Assembly (NCBI GenBank): GCA_023515725.1 | Contig: JALDTO010000206.1 | Span: forward strand, 62,001-126,000 | Length of the DNA: 64,000 nucleotides | Origin: Amoeboaphelidium protococcarum X5 | Taxonomy: Eukaryota; Fungi; Aphelidiomycota | Direction of reading: 5' to 3' | In this document: piece by piece, positions 1 through 11,329 of the stretch | How positions within the stretch are numbered: position 1 is the stretch's first letter | Layout: every line of letters begins with the position of its first letter | The notes under the pieces: generated by a model | What the model was told of the DNA's origin: nothing | Seen by the model: the letters and a program-made list of their open reading frames with translations, nothing else | Database searches by the model: none | Program-made: the position numbers and the translations under genes

Positions 1-42
1 AGTAAAACACTGATCGACTCAAAGACCACTATCTCCGTAACA

Positions 43-1188
43 ATGTCACCACGAAAGTTTAAAGTTGTTTAGGAGTTATCTGATCGATTCAACAACTCGC
101 ATGAGAGCAATGATAGAGATGTTCCGCTGTTAGAAGTAGTGAGTGATGAACACAAGGGTCGATGCTTCATTGCAAAGTAGACGATCGAGTGTGGTCAGAT
201 GGTCCTCAGTGCTAAACCGTATGCTTTAATCGTGGACAATAATAATCGCATGAATGTGTGTGGGTATTGCTTCAATAAAGATCATGTTGCAGTGTCGGAC
301 TATAAATTACCCTATTCCACAGATGACGGCCTGGAGATGGTGTTTTACTGCAGCGAGTAATGCAAATTGGCACATTCAAAGTTTTACAAACTGGAGTCTG
401 AATTTCTGTAGCGTCTGTAAAGTAATCCGGTATACTAAGAGCTGAGCAGCTACTGTCAAGAGTATCTATGGCTGCTGGCCCGCTGTCTAATCAACAGAGA
501 TCTTGAGTTACAAGGTGATCAGTGCCACGCTAAACAATTCAAGAACGATGTGACATTTCGAGATGTTGAATCGCTGGTGAGTAATATGGATACCTTTACT
601 CAGGATAGAGTTGAAGGAGAGTTTATGGTTATAGCGGATCTATTGCAGGATCTGCAGCGAGATTTACAATCGCCTCCACTGAATAGATCAGAACTGCTCT
701 AGCTCATTTGTAAGGAGGAGTGCAATTCATTTGGCATATACACATTTACAGAGAAGGGGAAGCCAAAGCAGTGCTATGGACTTGCCTTGTATCCACTTGC
801 AGTCTTTTTCAATCACTCTTGTGATCCTAATGTCTCTCATACAACGGAGGGAAGTTGTCAGGTGTTTTATGCTAATCGTAGAATATGGGCTGGCGAAGAG
901 TTGACCATCTCGTATATTGATATCCGCAAGAGTCGCGCTGAGCGTTAACAAGAGTTGAAGGATGTATTTCTGTTCGAGTGCTCATGCTAGAGATGTGCTT
1001 TGGACACAACGGGCAATGATGGTGACAGTCGCCCTCGTATCCTATGTCCAGACACTTCCTGCTTCGGCTCTCTTCTTCCCATTTCTGTTGATGGTGTTGA
1101 TAAAGCGGATCAGTAGGGAGGAATCTTATCTGACAATGACGGTCAGATATGGCAATGTGAATGCTGTCAGAAGAGAGTGAGAATATGA
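43..1188 (+). CDS. SET/MYND (SMYD-like) lysine methyltransferase
   Basis: Table-6 ORF. Motifs KGRCFIA, MYND-like CGYC..YCSEQC, LYPLAVFFNHSCDPN, GEELTISYID and post-SET FECSCQRC; ends in TGA. Confidence 0.85.
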
Positions 1189-1243
1189 ATGAAGTGAATT
1201 GTATTTTACAAAGTAATAGTTTGTCCGTATCATCAATAGTTCA

Positions 1244-3226
1244 TCAATAGCGATTTTAAACATAATCTTGATACTTTATCGCCTTGTACTGATATATGCC
1301 GCCATATATTGTATCTGCATTAACTATAAACAAATTACCACCGCCACCATCTTGATTGTTCAAATCACCACAATAACTCCCTACGTCTATAGACTGTCCA
1401 CTATCAGAACCGCCAGATGAATCAGCAAAAGTGCAGCCAGATATCTCTCCAAAAAAGTCGATAATCTACTGCCGTTTGTAATTCTATTTCACATCATACA
1501 AATGGACATAATCTGCTGGTTCAGCAGCCATGAGGAAGTTGCCACACGGAGAATATTGACACGATCTGACTGCTGCCATACGGGCAGGAAGTACTTTCAA
1601 AGCCACATCCAACCGCCTCTTATCGAATATCCGCACAGTCTTGTCCTAATTGCCCACAGCTAGTTGAATGCCATTAGGTGACCAGGCACAACAGAATGAA
1701 TAATCCAGAAAGCCGCCAACCTGCGCAATCTTATCACCAGACAGAGGGTCCAGTAGCCAGCCAGCGGAACTATCACCCACACAAGCCAAAATCCTTCTAC
1801 TATCCGGATCTAGAGCGGAGCAATTGACAGCCCATGGCATTTAAAATTCCTGATCCACTTTATGGTACTCCACGTCAACAACTCGCGCATATTAATCATT
1901 ATTGGATGCGATAATAACGCGACGTCCACTAATTGACTGGTCGATTGCAACGTGGTTGGTGATACCATACGGATCTTGAGACACTTTAACACACTCGACT
2001 TTCTACTGCTCATCACCATTCACTATTTCTGAAGCGGCTGATCCCTGTCTATCACCTTGTGCAGTATTTAGAAAACACACTTCACCAGAGAATCCACCAA
2101 CTGCGAGTAAATCTTATCTGGAGTAGAGGGAAGTGATTCTAAACAGATTGGCACCATCAAAGTCTTACGCATGAAAGTCGGCAACTTGCACAGAGGATCT
2201 GGTGATAGCATTCCACTTGCGCACGGTCCAATGCTGTGAGAAGTACAATTCATGCTTAGACGGACTAGATGCTAAATGCCGCAACTAGAAATGGATGATA
2301 AAACTCTTCTCCATCAGCCGGGTGTAATGGAATCGATAAAACTTGCCATCATCTTTGCATGGAGACAACTGGGATATCAGATCTGAGTGAGAATGATGAT
2401 TGTTAAGTGTGGTGTGGTTGGTATAATTCTTGTTCCTGTAATCTCTATACCTCTACCTGGTGATGGGCAGGACTGACCAGTTTATACCCTGAACATCCCG
2501 TCCATCCTAATAATGATCTACCCAGGTCACCTCTTTATCATCTGTCAATATTAGATCTGTAAACCGCGAAGATGGCTAAATAAGATCTTGATCAGTATCA
2601 GCCTCTAATTATATCATTTACAACTGCGCGTTATTATTATTACTAGCATTATTACGTTCAACCACTGTATCAACATTATCAATACCTTATTAGGAAGTTC
2701 TATTACTATTACTAAGAGCCTGGCTAATATTATCAGCAGATGATCCATCTTCGGTACTAATAGTCGGCGTGGTGTGAGTTATACTACCACTCTAAAGAGA
2801 CTCGCTTGACCGCCGATTAGACTAAATACTTTATTATGAATCTGATCTCAGGGCAGCTCTCTACAGCATAGAACCAAGTGCAGTAAAATTCTCTTCATAG
2901 TCGTACTCTTAATCATTATCACCATCATCATTATCGTCCGCTCTGTCTCCATTAAAGGATCTATCAATGTGTGGAGGCCCAAAGAATAATTCATCATCCA
3001 GCACTGCATAGTAAGTATCGTCCATATGGAATAAATCATCATAATCATCATTCAACTGATCTCTCTCCTGTTCAGCAGATAATCCATTCGATTACTATGA
3101 AGAATCGCTCTGACCACTGCCATCTTCATCATCACTCTGTAGATTGCTAATATATTCAAATGGATTACTCCTTAAACTATTGCTATTATTACTAATGTTA
3201 TTATTAAGCGAAGTAGAAGCACTCAT
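1244..3226 (-). CDS. WD40-repeat protein with acidic/Asn-rich N-terminus (DUF2415-like)
   Basis: Continuous table-6 ORF. Motifs HFQLRHL, WAVNC, VGDS, DYSFCCAWSP, GNQDKTVRIFD, MAAEPADYVH, IDFFGEISG. Confidence 0.8.
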
Positions 3227-3395
3227 ATTCTCCCTTAGTCCTCAGACTACCTTTATTGATAAAAGACTATGCCGTGGTTTGGGAGCAAAGAGACGCGACT
3301 AAGCGCTGCGAATTGCTGCTGGACAAATGCGAAACAATTTACTCAGTTATAGGGGAGAAAAATAACCTAAATTTCAAAAAACATCATTTTATTAT

Positions 3396-4049
3396 TCAGT
3401 ATATGGTCATTTACAACAAAAGATGAATAAGGAGTACGAGAAATATGGAGGTGGTTGCTAGAAGGAGATCCAGTTACATCAACGCGTAAGCCCACAGTGC
3501 AGCAAGACCAGGAATGGGTCGGATATCATTCGGAGTCGGCGGCGAGTACAGTGAACTAGAAATATCACTTCTTCGCTATAACCAACCGGTGAGTGTAAAG
3601 TTCTGATGGCCAGTCATTATCTGTAACGACTTGAGACCCATTAGCACGGCAGAGGCGAGCAACATCTACTGCATCCAGCGTCTAGTTGCGTGTCTCTGTA
3701 CCAAGTACACTATAACAATCAGAGCAGGTGCGCTACTCAGCAGGCGATACTTGTAGTCTTCATCTTGAAACTGCTCATCGAGAACATCCAGCAGCGATGA
3801 ACCACGATATCTTACAGGTTAGAATGTTTACAGAGCGATGGCATTCATGAGTATGAATATTGCGGCCACCACGATAGAGTACAAGGCAGTCATTGCAACA
3901 TTACTACGAGTCCATCTATTGCTTATCGTGGGTACAGCATTCATTCTCTCCAGTATACCGGACTACTAAATTAGTCTGTCTCTCTCCTCCTCACTGATAT
4001 TTATATCCTCCCTTCTCTAAATTCTCTATGTTAGTGTCTCTTTTGTCAT
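3396..4049 (-). CDS. Hypothetical multi-pass membrane protein (fungal-type)
   Basis: Table-6 ORF MTKETLTQ..ISEEERDRLIQQSGIL with about four hydrophobic segments and PGLAALWAYALMQLDL; ends in TGA. Confidence 0.65.
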
Positions 4050-5220
4050 ATAATGCTAGCTGTATTTATTAGCTTCACTTGATACTTTACTCTAACGTAT
4101 TTCAATGTCACAAACGCGGTGTAATTGAGAGACTGTTTGAGCAGAAAACTTTCGAGCGCTTGATACTTATACAGTAGAGGAATTGCGTACTACCGATTTT
4201 TACTCTCAATTTAATGAGATGGAAACGGCAAACCGCTCGCCCACAAGTCCCTTTCACACAGTAATCAGCAATGTGGGTCTGATCAGAATTCCTAATCAGA
4301 TTCCCCTTTCGTATTTGCTCTGAAAATTGCGAAGCTGTCAATACTGTGATTTCAGTGCTGCATGACAGTCACAAAGTTCCCGCTTGCTACATGATAACTG
4401 TGCTTCCGTAAGAATGCTTCGATACATCCCAATTCGCGAAGATCAGCGAGCCAAATCAGCAGTCATTGACAAATCCTACACGTATATGGTTATGAACAAT
4501 TCTAGACAGACAAAATGTAAAACTTGACCTTCGTATTAGCATTTATTGATTTCAGACATGCGTACAAGTAGAAGAAACTAATGAGAAGAGAGAAAATAAG
4601 TGCTTAAATATCGCAGCGCCAGCGCAAGATCAAACTGGTCGGTGATGAGATCATTGTTCGCATCACTCAAACGTAGTGATACTCTAGGACAGACTATAAA
4701 CACAATAGGAACAGACGGGAAGCTATATACAAAGATTAAGAGTCAAACAGAGACACCAACAGAAGTACAGGAAGATTAAACATGTTAATAAGATAAATAC
4801 TCTATTAACACGTTAAAAGTTGTGCCTTATGACTAACCGCGTCGACAGTAAACAGTAAAACAGTATAAAGCGAGAGCGCGAGAGGAGGAAGAATGAAACG
4901 CGCTCGTGTCGATAATACCAATGACAACGACGACACAAACGCTGAAACAATTAAACACTGAGATCTTTATTCCCCACTCACATCCACTATTATTTATTTA
5001 GTGTAGAATAGGCTTCGGAATTCTAACAAGGCCAGCAATCTGATATAAAAAAGAACTCATTTTTAGAATAACTACGAGACATGATGGATAAGTGGTTGAA
5101 GATTAAGCCCAAAGCTGTGACTGGTGAGGAACCACAACAACTGGGCGCTGAGAAGAAAAAGGATGGTCGCGGTGGGGCTAGACTTAATGCCGGTAGGAAG
5201 AAGAAGATTGTGGAGGAGCC

Positions 5221-5259
5221 AAGGCAGGGCAGGGCCTGCCCTAACCCTGCCCCTGCCTT
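5221..5259. repeat. GC-rich imperfect inverted repeat (hairpin)
   Basis: AAGGCAGGG-CAGGG pairs with CCCTG-C-CCCTGCCTT around the loop CCTGCCCTAA. Confidence 0.7.
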
Positions 5260-5359
5260 GCCTACTACTGCTGTATGTAAGCAGTGGCAACTTGAAATGA
5301 GTATAAGTGTCTTAATATTCCTTTTCCGAAATTAAAAGGTAAGAAATAATATTAGAGAA

Positions 5360-6298
5360 TCAAAATGGCCGTTTATTACTGATAAAGTACTCATAAGTTT
5401 TCTGGTGAACAGTGTCGTCGTAAGGGGATGGAATTTCGCATCTGCCCGGCCACAGCATTGGTGATCTAAGGAAGCACACGCTAAGATTCTTGTAATTCAC
5501 CTCTAGAAAGTTCGGAACAAACACCCATGGAGCCATCATTGGCGGTGCATGTAATCCGTGATCTTGCGTGGATTTCGGTACGGTTTAGAGATATTTCTGA
5601 TACTTTTTACTAACAGTTTCCTCACCACCTTCTTGGTCGCCACTAGCCTCCTATTCGGAAGTGGATTCATCAGAATCAGCAGAGCCAGCACTTTACTCAG
5701 CATCCGATGCCGCACCATCTTCCATATCCAATCCCTTAAATTATCCATTTAATAGCTACAACTTTTCAGGGCGTAAAACTTGAGCGATATCACCATCCTC
5801 ACAAACGTAAGACGGATACTTTACTACGCGCCCGTTAACGCTAACCATACCAGTTCTAATCAAGTGACGTGCCTCATTCACTGAAGTTACAAAACACGCG
5901 CGAAATAATATCGTCTACAACTGCCTCTCCATAAAGGCAAACGTGAGCATGGTAGTAGGAGGGTACGGTAGCATAACTTGACGCGTCTTATTCTTCGTCT
6001 GATCTCCAGCATTGATAAGCGTAAGCTGCATATTATTTCTACGATCAGCATACAGTCGCTACTAGATAGGCAGTGTCCTGGTGATAGTCTTTCTGAGAAC
6101 GCGCATTTTGGACATTGACGCGTAATACGGCACCAGCTGACGTTTTGCACTCCATTGCAATTAGAAGGCAGTCTTTCGCAAGTTGTTCTAATTCTACAGC
6201 GATGGTTAGTACGCGTTACTGAACAGATTGTACAAGTTGTACTTGTTGTAAGATTAAATAATCAATCCTCGATCTATGTAACTCTTTCTAATAGGCAT
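5360..6298 (-). CDS. NAM9: Mitochondrial ribosomal protein uS4m
   Basis: SYNKYNLYNL, FQLQWSAKRQL, S4 domain MERQLQTILFRACFVTSVNEARHLIRTGMVSVNG, C-terminal PWVFVPNFLEVNY..PGRCEIPSPY. Confidence 0.85.
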
Positions 6299-6909
6299 AT
6301 CGCTTTTGGTAGTGGAATGTTAAAGTGCTTTTACAGTGGGCGATCTAAAAACTGCACGAAAATACTGAGAGCGCGTTCATATCAAGCATCAAAGCGTCAA
6401 ATAGCCTTTTGTTATTAACAAGCAGCAAGAGACTATAGTACTCCATAGAGAATCAACAATTAATAAAATTTTCCACTATGTACGACTGTAAAGTACGTCA
6501 AATATTCAATGAAATAAGCTCATCGACTGACCACCATACAAAGAAGCAATAAGAAATGTTCATGATGCGACAACTTCATCGTTCTAATTAGTGGGTGTCA
6601 TTAGCTAGTGAATGTTCCGATACATAATAACAGTAAACTATAATATTTGAGTTTACGATATCACTATTAAAATCGCTTACATAAATAATCCCGGATCTCG
6701 GATAAAGCATATCTTGGCCAGACCAGATATTTCCGAGATGCGGCTATGCAGCGTTCACGATTTACGGGGAACTCCGAGACTCGGGGCATACTGGATAACA
6801 TCGATGAAATCGGAAGAGCGTCCTTCTTTACTTACTTCCATTTGCTATTCTCATATTTTCCCAGCATCTGATTTTCTCACGCTTTTTAGCTGTCAAAAGT
6901 CTGAAGAAC

Positions 6910-8100
6910 ATGATCTCGGCATTGTAAAGGGTATTCGTTGTTGCGTTAGCGGTTGGCGTGTCTGTGGTGTGTGGTCGCGAGATCACATCAATGGATGAGA
7001 AATTGACCATATTCAATAATCTGAGCTAGAAAAATAGAGATCAAGTAAAGAATCCAGAAAATATCTGTCTATATACTGCATTTGGGCCGACATTCATGGG
7101 AATCAAGGAGCAAGTGGCTTACCGATATGAAACCCTTGAGAAAATATCTTAAGGCGCGTATGGCGAAGTTTTCAAGGCAAAAGATCATTGCACAGGGGAA
7201 CTGATCGCGCTCAAGATTTTCAGAAATCGAGACCAAGACGAGATCTTGGATTTGACGCAAGACACCCCGCAGGGCCTCCACACTCCAGAGTACGTCAAAG
7301 AAGGATGGCGGGAATATAGTATTGCGGGAAGCGATTTGGTTGCAGGGAATGCACATTGTGTTCATGCTATAAATGCTTATGAGTTCTCTGATTACTTTGC
7401 CATCACTTATCCTCTGTTCGACACAAGCTTAAAAAGCTATAACAAGAATTTCCTGAGTACTTTGGATTGCGATGATGCTTATAGACTTATAAAGTCAGTG
7501 ACGCGCCAGATCTTGTAGTGCTTGAAACATATTCATGATCGTGGTCTAGTACACAACGATTTGAAACCTGGTAATGTACTCATCTCTGGAGATCCTTACA
7601 ATCCTTTTGTTGCAGTGACAGACTTTGGAATTTCTTGTTACACGTAGGACTGTGAATGGAAACGTGTTACTCCTTGGTATGAGGCTCCTGAGATTATATA
7701 GTATGGGCGTGGAAATGTATAGAGTGATATTTGGTCGCTAGGGGTGATAGTGGCTGAATTGTTTCGAGCTAAGCCAGTATTCAGTGTCGAATTGAGTTAT
7801 CTCTCATAACTGTATGCCGTTGCTTGCTTATCAAATGATTTTCTGATGAAAGCTAGAATAGGAAATCAGTTGCGTGTGCCTCAGCTGAAACGCAAGTAGT
7901 TTGCATAAGCCTATGGGGTGGATCCTATTGAATACATGCAGCGTGGACTTGATCGAGTGCTTTATCGAAAAGAAGCACAGCTCTGTCATAATCAATTGTA
8001 TGAGTAGATGCATACCTTCGTGTAAGGCTGCCTGAAGTTTTATCCACAGCTGCGCTTAGATGCTCAGGCAGCATTAGAGAACCCATTCCTGGAGTTTTGA
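6910..8100 (+). CDS. Signal-peptide-bearing DYRK-like Ser/Thr kinase (copy 1)
   Basis: N-terminus MISALQRVFVVALAVGVSVVCG; VAYRYE, QGAYGEV, KDHC, ALK, HNDLKPGN, DFG, WYEAPE, DIWSLG, final NPFL then TGA. Confidence 0.9.
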
Positions 8101-8394
8101 TTAAACGATTGGTCATTCGATATTAATAGCTATACCACCACCATGAATGCAATGAAGAATTTTTAATACTGTTAAATGCAAATATTTTAATTTAAAATTG
8201 ATTTCCCTTTAAACTATGCGAATCACAGCTGTATAATTCAGTAGGATGTATCGTGAGCGCATGTGATTTGAGGCCTGAACAAGGGGGAACAGCACCGGCC
8301 TTACTGCGGACTGATCGCCGATGGCTTTTTCTCATTTTTACACGACTAGGTAATTTATCCCGATTATTAAATTTTTATCCTGCTGATATCACGG

Positions 8395-9633
8395 ATGGAT
8401 TGGCATGCGTTAGTCTTGATACTAATGCTGTTGTGGGCGTACGTGGCTAATGCTGGTACGGCTGTTTTCTCAGAAGAGATGAAAATGAGCATTTTTACAA
8501 CTCTAACTCCTCACTACTAATCTCAGGTGAAAAATCATGCCAATATCTGCTATTACGCTGATCACCACCCAACATTCGAAAATCTGCATGAATAAATTGC
8601 TTTCCGATATGAAACTGTGTAGCTCTTATCCTCTGGGACATATGGTTAGGTTTATCGCGCGATTGACCATTGTACTGTGTAGTGGGTAGCTTTGAAAATA
8701 TTTAGAAATCCACGCAAAGATAAAAGCAAGCGAGAGCCATAATTTTATTTAACAGATGGTCAGAATGAGTATAAATTTGCATCCAGTCTTGCTGTTAGAA
8801 GCAGTAGTCATTGTGTGCCGGCATTTGATAATTACTGGTTTGAAGACTTTTACGCTATCACATATCCTCTGTTTAGTACAGATTTGGTGACTTATAATAG
8901 ATAATTCCTATCAAGAATGAGCTGTGATGATACATTTAGAATTACTCAATCTGTCACGCGTCAAATCTTGGATTGTTTGGTGTCATTACATGCAAGCGGC
9001 ATTGTTCATAATGATTTGAAACCTCAAAACATTCTGATCACTGGTCCTATTGATAATCCTACAGTAGGAGTTACTGATTTTGGGCTATCTTGCACTGAAG
9101 ACTAATGTGACTGGCATAGAGTCACCCCCTGGTACGAAGCTCCAGAAATCATTTAAAGCGGTAGAGGTAATGATCGCAGCGACATTTGGTCTTTGGGAAT
9201 GATTGTTGCTGAACTATATAGATCGAAGCCTGTATTTTCATTCGTTTTGCCTGATAAATTCTAACTACTAGCTGATGCATTCATGACTGATCACTCAATC
9301 ACTCTGGAATCCATTTTAAATCGGTAGATTGATGATTAGGAGCTTCTAGATTTTGCCTAGTAAAATAACTTGCGCCCTCAGGCTCTTTATAATTACTTGT
9401 CGCGACCGTTAAAAAAGGCAATGTATAGACAAAAAAGTGATTAATGTCGTGATGCTCCATTTGACGATCTGCTTAGTTTTGTATAGGAATGTCTGGAGTT
9501 TAATCATTACTTTAGGCAAAGTGCTGTTGAACTTAGTATGCACCCTTTTTTGTTGCCCGATTCCCCGCTTTAAAATAATTAAAATTTACACTACGTAGAT
9601 GGTTAGATGATTTAGAATTCAGAGTAACAATGA
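8395..9633 (+). CDS. Signal-peptide-bearing DYRK-like Ser/Thr kinase (copy 2)
   Basis: N-terminus MDWHALVLILMLLWAYVANA; IAFRYE, SGTYGQV, IDHC, ALK, HNDLKPQN, DFG, WYEAPE, DIWSLG, HPFL. Confidence 0.9.
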
Positions 9634-9873
9634 AAAGTTTCGTAATAATAATATAATAGATTCAGAGACCCCTAGTTTAATTCCTCCTTTTAATGACTAC
9701 ACTTTTTATAAACTGAATTCACCAGGGGTCCTCTGCGGCCATGTGTTTATGTGTGGCGTCGGAGACCCCCAAATTCAAAATTAAAAGTCCGCGTAAATGA
9801 CTCATGTTAGTAGGCTGCAACGCCATTTATTATCTGAATAATATTTTTAATAATGCAGTGGACGTCCTATACA

Positions 9874-11109
9874 ATGAAGCTATACGTGTTATTTGGTCTC
9901 ATTATCGCGTTTTAAAACGTCTTGTTTGCTAGACAAATTTCTGACAATGAAGAGCGAATGAGGATTTTCCAAAGCCTGTCGCAGCTTGAATAGACACAGG
10001 TTGAAAGTCCACAGAATATCTGTTATCACTCTGATTTGGTACAAACTTTCATCAGGCCTGAAGAATCTATAGCTTATCGCTACTAGATTACGAAATTGAT
10101 TGCTGTAAGACCTCATGCCGTTATTGTTAAGGCATTTGATCATTGCACTGGCATGCTGGTTGCGCTGAAAGTGTTCCCACGGGTGAAAGACGAGTCAATT
10201 AAACAGCAACTGACGCGTTATGATCAATCCTTGTATTAGGATGCGAATTTTTGGTATGGCTTGCGGGAATTCAAGTATGCTGCATTCGCTACCACCCTGT
10301 CTTAACACTGTGCTGGATCACTAAAGAGTTACCTGTTTGTATCTAACTACGCTATCGTATTCCCTCTCTTTGATGGCAGCTTGTAGAACATGATTGGTAT
10401 GAGATGGCCAAATGGCCAGCAAGATATAGCGACGGTGTAAGAAGTCCGCGATGTGGCTCATTAAATCCTTCAATGTCTTCAACCGATGCATCTGGGCGGT
10501 GTCGCGCACAATGATGTGAAGCCTGATAATATCCTTCTACGAGTTGGCTAAAATAGTGCGCGAATAAATTTCTTTGCACTAGCAGATTTTGGACTCTCGC
10601 ATGGTGACGCTCTGGACTGGCCTGGTGAACCATGGCACCGTTCTACAGAGGAATATGAAGCTCCGGAAGTCCTACTTGATCGTCAAGGTTCAATCTAAAG
10701 CGATATGTGGTCTCTGGGTATGACGCTATTCTATCTCTTCAGTGGTAAACTTTTGCTTAAGCCCTATCCAACTGATATACAGCGAATGATCGCGCTCCCT
10801 CTCATAACAAAAGATCTCAATGATCAATAATTTGATGAATATCAACACACGCTGCAGGTTCGCTTCAAGAATGATTATAGTCTTCCTGAGGAGCAGTTTG
10901 CATTAATATACGAACAAGTGGCCAGCGACCCGTTTTTACAAGCGTCTATTGAAGAGATACTGGATCCTACAGGGAAATATCTAAATGATGCCAGCTTTGT
11001 CTAAATGGTGGACTTTATTAGCAAGTGCCTGAAGTTGAAGCCTAAAGACAGACTTACTGCTGAAACTGCTCTACAACACCCATTCCTTACTACAAGCCAT
11101 AGCGACTGA
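9874..11109 (+). CDS. Signal-peptide-bearing DYRK-like kinase (copy 3, degenerate Gly loop)
   Basis: N-terminus MKLYVLFGLIIAFQNVLFA (alternative ATG at 9853); IAYRYQ, FDHC, ALK, HNDVKPDN, DFG, EYEAPE, DMWSLG, HPFL. Confidence 0.88.
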
Positions 11110-11329
11110 ACATAATTATTATTATTTACATCTTCAATCAGACTAGAATCTTAAAGAATGATTTGATTAATATACTCTTACATCAAATTCCGGCTTCCAA
11201 ATAAGACTGTTTCGCGGTATCCGCCGCGTCCACAATGGCAAAGCGCGTCATCCATTTCCTCTCTTATTCGTTCAATTTGGCTCTCTTTCTTTCCTTCTCT
11301 GTGGTAAATTAAGTCCTGTGAAAGGCAGC

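Noticed and set aside
5239-5248. CCCTAACCCT as a telomere or telomerase-RNA template
   Set aside because: Only 10 nt, partly paired within the hairpin, and no other telomerase RNA elements recognised. Kept only as a remote alternative.
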